NCBI GenBank assembly: GCA_963818475.1 | Contig: CAWFSF010000006.1 | Span: 1,152,001 to 1,216,000 of the forward strand | From: Nitrospirota bacterium | Lineage (GTDB): Bacteria > Nitrospirota > UBA9217 | Direction: 5' to 3' | Length of the DNA: 64,000 bases | Part shown: positions 29,054-40,602 of the stretch, one piece after another | How positions within the stretch are numbered: position 1 is the stretch's first letter | Layout of the letters: every line of letters begins with the position of its first letter | Translations under genes and position numbers: made by a program | Notes under the pieces: generated by a model | Databases searched by the model: none | Told to the model about the DNA's origin: nothing | The model's input: only the letters and a program-made list of their open reading frames with translations

Positions 29054-30091
29054 TTACGAGTCCTTTTCACCAGTGCATCGTCTGCTCTCAGCGGTTCTTT
29101 TTACTTCACGATAGAGCTTATAGAGCTTAAATGCAGGAAAAAAAGCGTAAAATATTTTTTTATCATACCCGTATTGCTCCCGGATCTGATCCAGTGCTTT
29201 GTCTTTCGATATCTTGTGGTGCTTGCTGAAGAGCTTCCAGACACTGTACGCCGGCAAATAGTTCATATAGGCACGCTTGAACCGGGACATATTGACGTAC
29301 GGTTTTTCGGCATAATCCTGCAGCAGCAAATATGCTTCATCGATCCCCAGTCCACGGGCTAGATTCTTTTTCGTCTGCTGGCCGGCATGCTCCCTGAACG
29401 AGCAGAGCGGCTCGTCGATGAAATAAAAATCGCCCTGTTCCAAAAGGGCGAACCACATTTCCAGGTCAACGAGCTGTTGATAAGCGACATTGAACCCCCT
29501 TAGCGCAAGATCTTTTCTGAAAAGAACGACGGAAGGTTCGCCAATCTTGTTACGTTGCTCGAACAGACAATCCTGGATGATCTTCGTTCCGGTTACCTTG
29601 CCTGCATTTTGATATCCATATTTGACGGAGAGAATGGCTGATTGTTCATCGATAATGTTCCTGGCCGAAGCCACGAGCGCCACGGAGGGCTCCGTGTCCA
29701 GCACGGAAACCATTCTTGCCAATGCGTCCCGGGACGCCAGGTTGTCATCTCCGAATAGATATTTCACATATTCTCCACCGGCTTCTTGCAGACAGTAGTT
29801 CCAGTTCTCGACCATGCCTAAATTGTGTTTGTTGGCGATGAACCTGATCCTTGCATCTCGTTCAGCGTAGTGTCTGATGATATCAGCGGACGCGTCCTGT
29901 GAGCAGTCATCAATGATGAGAAACTCGAAATCCGTGAACGTCTGATAGAGAACGGACTCAATGGCCTCGGCAAGATAGGGAGCAAAGTTGTATGTCGGCA
30001 TGCAAACGCTGACTTTAGTGCCCATAATACGCTTCCCGGCTCCGCGCTCGTTCGACAAGGCGCGGCTTTCATAGCCGACCATTTTGATCAC
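29054..30091 (-). CDS. Glycosyltransferase family 2 (start may be 30025)
   Basis: VSVCMPTYN, IIDDCSQD, NLGMVENWN, FGDD, IGEPS. Confidence 0.9.
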   Translation of the reverse strand: MIKMVGYESRALSNERGAGKRIMGTKVSVCMPTYNFAPYLAEAIESVLYQTFTDFEFLIIDDCSQDASADIIRHYAERDARIRFIANKHNLGMVENWNYCLQEAGGEYVKYLFGDDNLASRDALARMVSVLDTEPSVALVASARNIIDEQSAILSVKYGYQNAGKVTGTKIIQDCLFEQRNKIGEPSVVLFRKDLALRGFNVAYQQLVDLEMWFALLEQGDFYFIDEPLCSFREHAGQQTKKNLARGLGIDEAYLLLQDYAEKPYVNMSRFKRAYMNYLPAYSVWKLFSKHHKISKDKALDQIREQYGYDKKIFYAFFPAFKLYKLYREVKRTAESRRCTGEKDS

Positions 30092-31230
30092 TTATCGTTT
30101 CTGATGTGTTTCAAAATTGCGCAGATTTTTTCAATGTCATCCGGGGTAAGCCCGCCGTACAGCGGCATGGAGAGGACCTGTTCTACGATCTTGTGTGCAA
30201 CAGGCAGATTACCCGGGACCGATGAGGGGAGCTGTCGGTAGCAGGTGTAATTGCTGCAGAGCGGGTAAAAATATTTCCTCGTGAACACATTGTATTCCTT
30301 GAACCGCTCATACACCTGGTCACGCGACCTGCCGAACTTTTTTTCGTCGATCCGTATGACAAAGTACTGGCAGCTGCTCTTCATTCCCGGCAGATCATTT
30401 GAATAGGTAACGCCCTCGACATCTTTCAACAAATCCCGGTAGGTGTCGATCAGTATTTTTCGCTTACTTCTTTCTTCCTCCACGTAGTCAAGCAGCACTA
30501 GGCCCAAGGCGGCCTGGATTTCGTTCATTTTGCCGTTGATGCCGGGCATGACGACCTCTTCCTCGTTTTTGATGCCAAAGTTCTTCAGCAGTTCGATTCG
30601 CGGCTTCAAATGCGAATCCTTGAAAGCAAGCGCCCCTCCTTCGGCGGTATGGAAAAGTTTGGTTGCATGAAAGCTGTACATGGAAATGTCGCCGAAATTT
30701 CCGATTCCCTTTCCGTTAATCTCAACCCCAAAAGCATGGGCTGCATCGTAAATAATTTTTAAACCGTATCGGTCGGCGATTTCCTGGATTTTATTCCCAT
30801 CACAGGGCGCACCAAAGACATGGACGGCGAGAATACCGGTCGTCTGCGGGGTGATCATGGACTCGATCTTTTGGGCGTCAATGTTCATTGTGACCGGGTC
30901 GATATCGCAAAAAATCGGCTTGATGTTGTTCCAGGAAAGCACATGCGGCGTGGCCGGGAACGTGAACGGTGTGGTGATGACATCTCCCGATAGCCTCAGA
31001 CTCTGGCATGCAGTGATAAGCGCAATAGTCCCGTTGTTGAAGAGCGAGAGATTCGGCACCTTCAGCAGGTCCTGGAGTTTTTTTTCAAGGGAAACGTGCT
31101 GAGGCCCATTGTTCGTCAGCCATTGCGATGCCCATACCCCTTCGAGTCTTTTTGTCAGTTTCTGCAAGTCCGGCAGAAGAGGTCGGGTCACGTAAATAGG
31201 CTTGTCAAAGGGTTGGATCTTGGTGGTCAC
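30088..31230 (-). CDS. DegT/DnrJ family sugar aminotransferase (VioA-like)
   Basis: YVTRPLLP, WLTNNGP, NGTIAL, YDAAHAFG, SFHATKLFHTAEGG, NGKMNE. Confidence 0.9.
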   Translation of the reverse strand: MTTKIQPFDKPIYVTRPLLPDLQKLTKRLEGVWASQWLTNNGPQHVSLEKKLQDLLKVPNLSLFNNGTIALITACQSLRLSGDVITTPFTFPATPHVLSWNNIKPIFCDIDPVTMNIDAQKIESMITPQTTGILAVHVFGAPCDGNKIQEIADRYGLKIIYDAAHAFGVEINGKGIGNFGDISMYSFHATKLFHTAEGGALAFKDSHLKPRIELLKNFGIKNEEEVVMPGINGKMNEIQAALGLVLLDYVEEERSKRKILIDTYRDLLKDVEGVTYSNDLPGMKSSCQYFVIRIDEKKFGRSRDQVYERFKEYNVFTRKYFYPLCSNYTCYRQLPSSVPGNLPVAHKIVEQVLSMPLYGGLTPDDIEKICAILKHIRNDK

Positions 31231-31766
31231 TATATATGCCCCTCTTTCTGGTCCATAAGATACCGCTCAAAGTTTTTGAGGACTGCTTCTTTGTTGCGCT
31301 CTCCGATTTTACGATTTGCGACATATATTCCCCATGGCTCGAGGTCTTTGGATATTACCGAACCAGCGCCAACTACAGCCCCTTCCCCCAACGTTATGCC
31401 AGGCAGAAGAACGCTATTTGCCCCCACCAGACAAAATTTCCCCATTCGGATCGGGGCTCTTGTGACATTTCTATATTGTTCTTCAATCGTTGGGTTTCCA
31501 AAACCCCAATATTTAAAATCTTCAGTTCCTGTCAGGATTCTGCAACCTTGCGAGATGCCGGAAAACTCTTCCATAGTAAATTCCTCGCCGCCTGTTATCG
31601 AGGTAAAACATGCGATATGAACATAATTGCCGATTCTCATTTTTTTCTTAGCATAGATCATGACATAATCATCGATGATAATGTTCCTGCCGAACTCAAT
31701 GTGCTCGATGCCGATGATCTTAGTGTACTCAAACGTCTTTACTCCGGGTATGTTATAGTTACTCAT
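31230..31766 (-). CDS. Hexapeptide-repeat acyltransferase (VioB-like)
   Basis: IGNYVHIA, VGANSVLLPGITLGEGAVVGAGSVI. Confidence 0.85.
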   Translation of the reverse strand: MSNYNIPGVKTFEYTKIIGIEHIEFGRNIIIDDYVMIYAKKKMRIGNYVHIACFTSITGGEEFTMEEFSGISQGCRILTGTEDFKYWGFGNPTIEEQYRNVTRAPIRMGKFCLVGANSVLLPGITLGEGAVVGAGSVISKDLEPWGIYVANRKIGERNKEAVLKNFERYLMDQKEGHI

Positions 31767-31835
31767 ATTTTTTGAACTTTCTCCAATGACCCTATCTGAC
31801 GTAAATGGATTCCCGGTCGCTGGCACTAATCGTAT

Positions 31836-32678
31836 TTATTGGTTGTGCTCTTTGTAATGTCTGAGCAGCGGTTCGGGATACCGCTTAAGAGTTGCCGCTA
31901 AATATTTAATTTTACGAAAGCGATTCCAATCGCCTGGCTCAAGATATTTATGAGCATTAATGTCCCAGGGTATTTGTTTAAACCAGTGATGATAAAACAC
32001 TGACGACGTCGTTACCTGGGTTTTCTTCATGTGTTCTGATTTGTTTAACCCCCATTTCCCCCCATCATTTTGACTCCAAAAGGGGTGCCATACTAAATCC
32101 GCGTTGGTATCCTGTATGAACGTGATGAGTTTTTTGATCCGATCCGGAGTATACTCATCGTCATCATCGAGATGAGTTATAAAATCGCCTTTAGCCAGCG
32201 TAAGGGCATGATTAACGGTTGCGGTTCCCGCGACCAACCATTTCCTGGCAGGAAAATCCGGGTATACACCGCGCTCCGGCAGGTTGACAAAACGGATTCG
32301 AGAATCTCCGATTTTAGAGATCAGATCTTCAGTGTTATCGGTACAACAATCTCCGACAACAACGATGTCAAGGTGTTCATAATCTTGACGGAGAACGGAT
32401 TTCAGCGAACGCTCAACGAGCAGTTTGCCACGATTATACGTGCCTATACATACGGAAACAAGTGGATTTTCTTTTTCGTATATGCTTTTGTAAGCTTGTG
32501 TTTGCCTCTCGTCTTGAAACTGTTCAAATAGAATATCATAGCCATCGAGCTTGGACCTTAGAGCATCCAGCTCTTCATACAACTTGTCGATCGCAGGGAC
32601 TACCGTGTTATTGACCAGGGATGTTGTCTGATTTATCTTGAGCAGATTTATTATGGTCTTTCTCAAATATTTCACCAT
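31836..32678 (-). CDS. Glycosyltransferase family 2
   Basis: LVSVCIGTYNR, VVGDCCTD, HLDDDD. Confidence 0.88.
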   Translation of the reverse strand: MVKYLRKTIINLLKINQTTSLVNNTVVPAIDKLYEELDALRSKLDGYDILFEQFQDERQTQAYKSIYEKENPLVSVCIGTYNRGKLLVERSLKSVLRQDYEHLDIVVVGDCCTDNTEDLISKIGDSRIRFVNLPERGVYPDFPARKWLVAGTATVNHALTLAKGDFITHLDDDDEYTPDRIKKLITFIQDTNADLVWHPFWSQNDGGKWGLNKSEHMKKTQVTTSSVFYHHWFKQIPWDINAHKYLEPGDWNRFRKIKYLAATLKRYPEPLLRHYKEHNQ

Positions 32679-32765
32679 TGTTCATGTCCTTAATAATTTG
32701 GCGGCATTGAGTTATAGCCGTATCGATAGTTTGTGAGGTATCAAGAGTACCTATCCAGCATACTG

Positions 32766-33821
32766 CTATTTGCTTCTTGCAAACAAAACCGTTTCTTCAG
32801 AGTGGATCGTAAAATGCCCTAAGTGAAATTCATATCCGAGATCCAAAGATGATATGAATTTTGGGATATCAACAAAATCATTTAAGCCATGGTATAGCGA
32901 GATGGCAAGTTTGGGTTTACATCTTTTAATGGTATTAATAGCACCTTGGAGCGCAGAAAATTCGGCGCCCTCTATGTCCATTTTTATAAAATCTATTTTT
33001 TTTATATTGTTCTGAGAAACAAAATCATCTATGGAGATTGTCGAGATTGGTAAGTACTCATCGGTCTGTTTTGTGCCGCTTACTTTGCTTTCTGGTCCAT
33101 TATCCAAAAAATAGAAAAGTTCTCCAGTTTTGTCCCAGAGAGGAGTTTGAATGATTTTTATTCTGTTGATTAGGGAAGGATTAAGGTTGATATTTTTCGA
33201 CATGATCTCTAAATTACCGGGAATGAATTCAAAAGAATAAACCTTGCCACTCGCTCCAACTTCGTGAGCAAAATAAAGCGCGGTATCCCCCCAACAACCA
33301 CCAGCATCTATGACAACATCCCCCTCTTCAGCTTTGATCACGGTATTTGAGTTGCGAAATTCGTAGTTTTTAACCATAAAAACGGCACAAATTCCCATAG
33401 GTACCGAATAAATCGATATAGGATAATTGATGCTCTCTAATGCAAACTTAAATAGCTTCCAATCTATATTGGCAATGGTTAGGCTATCATGATTTTCTTT
33501 AATCGATTCTACGTATCGCCGCTTTTCCCAGTATTGCGGGGTGTTGAGCGGCAGCTTGACGCGCTCCTGGCCTAAGAGGCGATAGGCAATGATCTTTATC
33601 AACAGCTTTTTTGACCCTTCATCCGCTAAAATGAAGTATAAATCAGACAATCCGGTGAAATGTTCACGGATATTGTCAATCGCATCGCAAATATTAACGG
33701 GAATTTTATTTCTAAATTTATTTTTCACCCAATTTCTAGTTCTCTGTTTGCATGTTTTCTTGGAAGATGGTCCAAACCTTTCAATATCAACATTGTCGCC
33801 AAAATATTGATTCAGATCCAT
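32766..33821 (-). CDS. FkbM family methyltransferase
   Basis: VIDAGGCWGDT, YSFEF, IDFIKMDIEGAE, KLAISLYH. Confidence 0.9.
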   Translation of the reverse strand: MDLNQYFGDNVDIERFGPSSKKTCKQRTRNWVKNKFRNKIPVNICDAIDNIREHFTGLSDLYFILADEGSKKLLIKIIAYRLLGQERVKLPLNTPQYWEKRRYVESIKENHDSLTIANIDWKLFKFALESINYPISIYSVPMGICAVFMVKNYEFRNSNTVIKAEEGDVVIDAGGCWGDTALYFAHEVGASGKVYSFEFIPGNLEIMSKNINLNPSLINRIKIIQTPLWDKTGELFYFLDNGPESKVSGTKQTDEYLPISTISIDDFVSQNNIKKIDFIKMDIEGAEFSALQGAINTIKRCKPKLAISLYHGLNDFVDIPKFISSLDLGYEFHLGHFTIHSEETVLFARSK

Positions 33822-33979
33822 CAGCAGTTCCTTAATTAAGGCGGTCATGAATTCATTGATACTTGCGCAGCAGTCCATTAAATATAGCCTTTCCTTACAA
33901 ATCAACGACGTAGTTAATGTGTTGTGTGAAAAATAAAAAACTGAAAAACAGTAACGAAGCGTAAGTATTCTCGCATTGA

Positions 33980-34853
33980 CTATCTCACGATATTCATCAG
34001 ATACTCGCCGTATCCGTTCTTTTTGAGGACCTCCGCAGTCTTCCGAATCTGGTCTTTGCCGATATGCCCAAGCCGGTAAGCGATCTCTTCGATGCAGGCC
34101 ACCTTAAGCCCCTGTCTTTTTTCGATCGTGGCAATGAACTCACTGGCCTCAAGCAGGCTGTCGTGCGTTCCTGTGTCGAGCCATGCATGCCCCCTGCCGA
34201 GAAGTTCGACCCGCAGGTTGCCCCTCTTCAGATATTTCTTGTTCACATCCGTGATCTCAAGCTCACCCCGTGATGACGGTTTTACGTTCTTGGCGATCTC
34301 GACAACATCGTTGTCGTAAAAATACAGGCCGGTCACGGCGTATCGTGACTTCGGCTTGCTGGGTTTTTCCTCGATGGACAGCACGGTCCCTTTTGAGTCG
34401 AATTCCACGATACCATATCGCTCGGGGTCCTGCACATAATATCCGAACACGGTTGCACCATCTTTAGACCCCACATCCGTGTACGCTTTTTTTCAGCAGT
34501 TCCGTAAGGCCATGCCCATAGAAAATATTGTCGCCCAGGATGAGGCAGACATCATCTTTCCCGATAAACTCTTCCCCCAGGATGAATGCTTCGGCAAGGC
34601 CCCTGGGCTCCTGCTGCACCACATAACTGAACTGAAGCCCCAGCTGAGAACCGTCTCCGAAAAGGTTGCGGAACGTCGGAATGTCCTGGGGCGTGGAAAT
34701 GATCAGGATCTCCCTGATGCCGGCGAGCATCAGTATGGACAGCGGATAGTAGATCATCGGCTTGTCATAGACCGGCAGGAGCTGTTTGCACACGCTTAAG
34801 GTTATCGGGTACAGCCTCGTTCCGCTTCCACCTGCTAAAATGATGCCTTTCAT
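33980..34853 (-). CDS. rfbA: Glucose-1-phosphate thymidylyltransferase, one frameshift
   Basis: [48 protein letters not shown]. Confidence 0.95.
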
Positions 34854-34891
34854 CTCATCTCCTGTCTTGTGCCGATCGTCTTCAACTTTCC

Positions 34892-35981
34892 TCACGATCG
34901 CAAAGAGCATACCGTGGCGTAAAGCTCCATCAAGCGTAAACCGAATCGCTGCATTGAAAACTGCTCAGCAGCGATCTGTCTGCATTGCTGAGCAAGCATC
35001 GTGAACCGCACCGGGTCCCTGCGTAAGGCGACCAGAGCATCCGCAAGAACAGGAACCCCTGCTGCTGGCCTGTACAGCAAACCAGTCCCGTATTCGTTGA
35101 TCAACTCTGCACCGCCTTCCCCTTCCCGGGCCACGATAGGCGTTCCTGCAGCCATCCCTTCCATGAGCACAATACCCAGCGCCTCGTTCTCCGAAGGAAG
35201 AACGGTGATATGGCTCAGGGAGAGGATCTCGGCGATCTCAGAAGTCCAGCCGGTAAAATGTACGTTCTCCTGAAGGCCGAGCTCATTGATCTTCGCGAGA
35301 AGCGAATCGTAATAAGCTCCGCTCAGCGGGTCGCCGATGATGACCAGGAGCGGGTTTTCTCCCTGCCGTTTGCAGGCAGCAATGAGCTCAAGGGAGACCT
35401 CGTGGGCCTTGCGCGGGATAAGGCTTGAAATATGGCACAAGACGAGGCTGTGCGAGTCGGCCTTCAATTTCCGTTTCCATGCTTCACGCTTCTCCGCGTC
35501 CGCACGGGAGAACCGCTCCACATTGATGCCAGGACGGATGACTGTGATCTTTCCCGCCTTGACGCCCTTTCCCTTCAGCATATTCCGCTGCATGTTCGAA
35601 AGGACAATGACCCGGTCCGCGAACTTAAAGCCGATATGATACCGCGGCACCATCATGGTGCTGACCACCGGACACCCCGTGACCTTTGAAAGGAGCACCC
35701 CGAAGTGGTCCGCACGGTCAAGCGTCGTATGGATGACGTCGTATATTATTCTTTTTTACCAGCTGCCTCAAGAACAAAATATCCCCGATCCCCTTCATGG
35801 GGATGCCGTGGCAGGGTACTCCCATGGCCTGCACCGAGTCGTTCACATACCCTGCAGTACCGCGGCAGACGACCGTAACGCGGTTGCCCAGGGAATGGAG
35901 GGCCGAAACCTGGTCCAGGAATATCCGCTGCGCTCCGTACCGGTCGTTCTTGGATATCATCTGGAGGATGTTCAGCGACAT
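34892..35981 (-). CDS. Glycosyltransferase family 4, one frameshift
   Basis: N-terminus in ORF 35718..36002; [21 protein letters not shown]. Confidence 0.88.
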
Positions 35982-35985
35982 AGAT

Positions 35986-37083
35986 TCAACCCTTCTCCGC
36001 AATCATGGCGTTGAAAAACTTGTAATAATCCTCTACCATGCGATCGCGCGCGAACCGCTTTTGTGTCCAGTGCGGCCCCGCGTCCGACATTTGTTGCCGA
36101 AGTGTATCGTTCGTAAGAATGTTGACAATCTCCTTTGCCATATCTTCTACTCCCGAGACAAGCTTTCCTGCGGCACAGTTTTCAAGAGAATCACGAACAC
36201 CTCCGGCGTCAAATGCGACGACCGGCGTTCCCATGCTGAGCGCCTCAAGGATCCAGATCCCGAACCCTTCGTTCCGGTGCGTGCAGACCGCAACATCGAG
36301 ATCAGCGTAAAAAGAAAGCATCTCTTCTTTTGACAATCTGCCGGTCCACAGCACAGCTTCTGTCAGACCCAATGCGGCAGCGCGATCCTTAAAATCCTGG
36401 ACCTGCCCGATGCCGGACTCGGATGCGACTAAGACAAAACGAGCAGCCGGGATGGTTTTTCGAATGCGGAGCAGCGCGTCAAGAAACTCGATCTGGTTCT
36501 TCCAGAGATCACCGACGGTGCCGATGATCTTTGATCCTGAAGGAAGATTGAAGCGTTTTCTGAGGACCCCCCTTGGAATATGCGCCCTGTTGAACTTGTC
36601 GAGATCGATTCCGTAGTAGATGATGCTGGTACGGGAGGTCATTTTGGGGAAATAGGCAATAAGCTTGTCCCTGATATGGCGCGAGATGGTGACGATATAG
36701 TGCATGCGGGAGAGCAGGAAGCGGTATCTGCTGAATTCCGGGACCTGCGGCGTATACATGAGTATGGGTTTATTGCCGGAGATTAGGGCAGCAATCCACG
36801 ATTGGACAATATCGTGACCACGCTGAATATCGATGATCTCATACCCCTCATCCCGGATGACCCGGGCAGTCTGAAGGACGGTGTTTATTCCGCGCGGTCC
36901 TCCGGGCCGATCAATGGGATGGAGCGCGATCGCGCTGTTCTTGAACATGTCGACGAGCGGTGTTCCTGGGCGGCAGACAAGGCCTATCTTCACACCTTTG
37001 GCAGCCAGCCCGGGAAGCAGGTCGCGAAGAAACTCTTCTCCCCCGCCCCTGCCCCTGAAGTTGTTCACAAAAAGGATCTTCAT
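35986..37083 (-). CDS. Glycosyltransferase family 4
   Basis: MKILFVNNFRGRGGGE, NEGFGIWILEALSMGTPVV. Confidence 0.9.
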   Translation of the reverse strand: MKILFVNNFRGRGGGEEFLRDLLPGLAAKGVKIGLVCRPGTPLVDMFKNSAIALHPIDRPGGPRGINTVLQTARVIRDEGYEIIDIQRGHDIVQSWIAALISGNKPILMYTPQVPEFSRYRFLLSRMHYIVTISRHIRDKLIAYFPKMTSRTSIIYYGIDLDKFNRAHIPRGVLRKRFNLPSGSKIIGTVGDLWKNQIEFLDALLRIRKTIPAARFVLVASESGIGQVQDFKDRAAALGLTEAVLWTGRLSKEEMLSFYADLDVAVCTHRNEGFGIWILEALSMGTPVVAFDAGGVRDSLENCAAGKLVSGVEDMAKEIVNILTNDTLRQQMSDAGPHWTQKRFARDRMVEDYYKFFNAMIAEKG

Positions 37084-37898
37084 GGCGCTCCTTGCCCCTT
37101 GACGCCTGCCCCCTGGACCCTGGACCCCGAACCCCGGATTGTATGTTCCCATGCTTTCGCATATTTGGCAAAAACATAATAGGAGTGGAAAAGGTTCAGG
37201 ATCAGGCCGTGTTTCCCGTCGAGGAAGCCGAGGCGCATAACATACTTGATCACAAAGGTGCCAACCGGGCGGAGCAGGATGTTCACCCAGCCGGCCTTGA
37301 ACCTGCCGATCCCCTTTTCTGCCATGACGGCCACTGCCAAAGAGGAATATTTATTGATCGATGACATGTAGGAGGCAAGGTCGGGATAGGCATAATGCAG
37401 GATGGCGTGCCGGGTGCTGCCGACTGCACCCTGGACCTTGATCGCTTCATGAACCGCTCGCTCTTCGAAACGGCCTGCGCCTTTGCTGAACAGGCGGAGA
37501 TTATGGTCCGGATACCAGCCGCCGTACCGGACCTGCTTGCCCAGAAAGAACGTCTTGCGCGGAATGCGGTACCCGTCGAGCGCTTCCGGAGCGGCAATAA
37601 GACCGCGGATCTCTTCGGCCAGCGCCGGTTCAATCGGTTCATCGGCATCGAGGCTCAGGACCCAGTCGCCGGTTGCTCGTTCGATGGCCAGGTTCTTCTG
37701 GCGCGCGAAACCGAGCCAGTCCTGGTGAACGACCTTGTCCGTATACTCGCGGCATATGGCAACGGTCCGGTCGGTGCTGCCGGAATCAACGACGACGATC
37801 TCGTCAGCCCAGGCTACGCTCTCAAGCGTGCGCCTGATGTTCGCCTCTTCATTGAACGTGATGATGGCAACCGAGAGCTTTGTTTTTTGCGTGGTCAT
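37080..37898 (-). CDS. LPS core glycosyltransferase family 2 (KdtX/LgtF-like)
   Basis: LSVAIITFNEE, VVDSGSTD, WLGFARQKN, LDADE, VHE, LGFLDG. Confidence 0.9.
   Translation of the reverse strand: MTTQKTKLSVAIITFNEEANIRRTLESVAWADEIVVVDSGSTDRTVAICREYTDKVVHQDWLGFARQKNLAIERATGDWVLSLDADEPIEPALAEEIRGLIAAPEALDGYRIPRKTFFLGKQVRYGGWYPDHNLRLFSKGAGRFEERAVHEAIKVQGAVGSTRHAILHYAYPDLASYMSSINKYSSLAVAVMAEKGIGRFKAGWVNILLRPVGTFVIKYVMRLGFLDGKHGLILNLFHSYYVFAKYAKAWEHTIRGSGSRVQGAGVKGQGAP
37090..37138. repeat. Seven-unit heptamer tandem repeat encoding the GT2 C-terminal tail
   Basis: CCTTGCC CCTTGAC GCCTGCC CCCTGGA CCCTGGA CCCCGAA CCCCGGA, encoding RGSGSRVQGAGVKGQG. Confidence 0.8.
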
Positions 37899-38955
37899 CG
37901 TGAGACCTTCGAATGTACGCCGGAAAGATGTTTTCCACAGCAATGATCGCTTCTTCCACCGAGATCTGCTTCATGCATGCATTATCAGCGCACTTGTGCG
38001 GTTTGCAGGGGTAGCAGGAAAGCCTCTTGGTGATGACCGTGTGGCCCTCGCCCCAGGGGCCCCACTTGCGTTCATCGGTCGGTCCGAACAACGCCACCAC
38101 CGGGACGCCCATGGCGGCAGCCATATGCATCGGACCCGAATCAACGCCGAAGAACAGGTCCGCATTTTTGTAGACGGAAAGATTCTCGCGCACATTCGTG
38201 ACGCCGCAGAGATCGAGCCCGTTGAAGGGGCCGAGCTTTTCTATGCTGCGATACAGCTTCGCATCACCAGCCGACCCGGTATACACGAAGCGGGCACGGT
38301 GCCGGTCACGAAGCACGGTCATGACCGCAGCGAACCGGTCAAGGGGCCATTGTTTGGCCGGCAGGCTGGCTGCGGCATGAATGATGACCTTGAGATCATC
38401 GTCCTTCCATCCGGCTTGCGCCATGATCGCGGCGATTTTTTTATCGTTCTCCGGAGTGGGCCACAGTTCCAGGTTGTTGAGCCGATGGGGATATCGAGCA
38501 CGCGCAGGCAGTCGAGGAAGTTCAGGACCTCATGCTGGTCCTGGCGATAGGCCACCCGGTCGGTCAGCAGCAAGCCCCTGCCCTCCGTGGCAAAACCGAT
38601 CCTGCGGGGCACTCCGGCAAGGCGGACCAGGAGCGCGCTCGAAAGGGACCGCTTGAGAACGAAGGCCGCGTCGTAGCGCTCGTTCCTGATCAGCCGTAAG
38701 TAATGCAGATAGCCTGCCAGTTTGCTGCGCTCCGCAGCAGCGCTGTAGGTATGGATCGTTTTGAACTCAAAGGGGATCACGCGGTCCACATAGGGGCAGC
38801 CCTCGATCACCTGTCCGGAGAAGGGCTCCAGCATCAGGTCGATCTGCGCTGCGGGAAACGCCTCGACGAAGGTTTCTGAGGAACGGCACGGTCAGCACCG
38901 TGTCGCCGATGAACCGGTAACGCATCACGAGGATCTTCTTTGCCGCAAGCTTCAT
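37849..38955 (-). CDS. waaF: LPS heptosyltransferase (GT9), frameshifted
   Basis: ILVMRYRFIGDTVL, RRIGF, KQWP, DSGPMHMAAA, VALFGPT, CYPC. Confidence 0.82.
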
Positions 38956-39536
38956 GACTGGTCCGCCTTGCTCTGTGCAATGATCCAGTCCGCTGCTTCT
39001 GCCAGATCATGAGCGGTAAAATCGGGGTCAGCAACATGCTCTGGCCGCGCGTTACCCGGATCGTCTGCAGCAAAACCGCTCCGAACGAGGATGGAAGCGG
39101 CTCCTGCCCGGTGGCCGAGCTCGACGTCGCTCCACTTGTCGCCCACCATATAGGAGCGATGGACATCGATCGCGAGGTCTCGTGCAGCCTGGTCGATCAG
39201 GCCGGTCCCCGGTTTTCTGCATGCGCAGACCCGGGTATGCATGGTCGTACCGGCTGTTGGATGGTGCGGGCAATAATAAATGGCGTCAAGACGCGCGCCG
39301 TCCGCTCCCAGCAATACTTCGAGCCGCGCATGTGCTTCGTCCACGAGCGACTCGGGGAAATAGCCGCGGGCCACGCCGGACTGGTTGGTGACCAGAACAA
39401 CGAGGAAACCGGCATCGTTCAGTTTTTTGATCGCTCTTCCGACGCCCGGTATCAGGGTGAGCATGGAGAGGTCGCGCATATAACCGACCTCCTCATTGAC
39501 CGTACCGTCGCGGTCAAGAAATACCGCTTTTTTCAT
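38952..39536 (-). CDS. gmhB: D,D-heptose 1,7-bisphosphate phosphatase
   Basis: VFLDRDGT, VTNQSG, CPHHP, CACRKP, MVGDKWSD. Confidence 0.94.
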   Translation of the reverse strand: MKKAVFLDRDGTVNEEVGYMRDLSMLTLIPGVGRAIKKLNDAGFLVVLVTNQSGVARGYFPESLVDEAHARLEVLLGADGARLDAIYYCPHHPTAGTTMHTRVCACRKPGTGLIDQAARDLAIDVHRSYMVGDKWSDVELGHRAGAASILVRSGFAADDPGNARPEHVADPDFTAHDLAEAADWIIAQSKADQS

Positions 39537-40602
39537 AGGACCTCGAAAAGCATTTGCTCCCACGCTTCGGATTCGGCGACCTTAAGCGAGATTCGAAGCG
39601 CCCAAATGCCGTCAGGGTGCAGGGAGTGCAGACGGACGCCGTCCTTTTCCGTCGTAACGATCATGTTCACCTGTATCATCGGCAGCCTGCCGGAAGATGT
39701 TTGCCAGATCGTTCTTATCATATGCATGATGGTCGGGATAGGTGCTGGAGCTCTTTACCACGGCGCCGAGGGACTCCAGAAGCGACAGGAACGACGCCGG
39801 GCGGGCTATCCCGGAAAATGCGAAGACCGGTGTACGACGGAGTGACGACAGCGGTCTGGTCTCGTTCGTGGCAATATTGACCAGATCCAGAGGGACATGG
39901 GATGCCGTAAAGATCCGGGCTGCGGTGTAACGACGCAAGGTCTCTTTCAGGGAGGACAGATCACCGACCCTGTCTGCCCTGGTTATCAGTATGGCATGAG
40001 CGCGTTTGAGCGCGGTCAGCGGTTCCCTGAGTATCCCTGCCGGAAACAGCTTCCCGCTGCCGAACGGTTCTGCTGCATCGACCAGGACAATGTCGATAGT
40101 GCGCTGCAGCCGAATATGCTGAAATCCGTCATCCAGGACGACCACGTCGGGATGAAATTGCCGGAGCGCGGCAAGCGAGGCCTGGTAACGGTCAGCTCCC
40201 ACCACGACGGGCACTCCCGTCAGCCGGTCGGCGATCAGGACCGGTTCGTCACCGTTCCTGAGGAGATCATGCTGCACTGTCCGACCGTCGGACACGATGG
40301 AGATAAGGGACTCGTCCTGCCTGCCGTATCCGCGGCTGATCACCACAGGCCGCTTCCCGTTTCGAAGGATCAGGCCGGCGATATCGATGACCGTCGGGGT
40401 TTTTCCGGTCCCTCCGAGCGTGATGTTGCCCACGGATATGACGGTGCACGGCAATATTTTTTTCCCTGACCAGGGGAGCCGGTACCATGCTCTTCTTGCA
40501 TATAAGAGCGCTGCGGTAGAGCAGTGACAGTGCCGACAGGATCGGACCGACGATCAGTGAGCGTCGTCTCCCGTATATCAGGTCTTCAACATAGACTCTC
40601 AT
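39533..40602 (-). CDS. lpxK: Tetraacyldisaccharide 4'-kinase, two frameshifts
   Basis: SVGNITLGGTGKTP, SRGYG, GDEP, DDGFQH, PAGILRE, PDHH, TTEKD. Confidence 0.94.
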
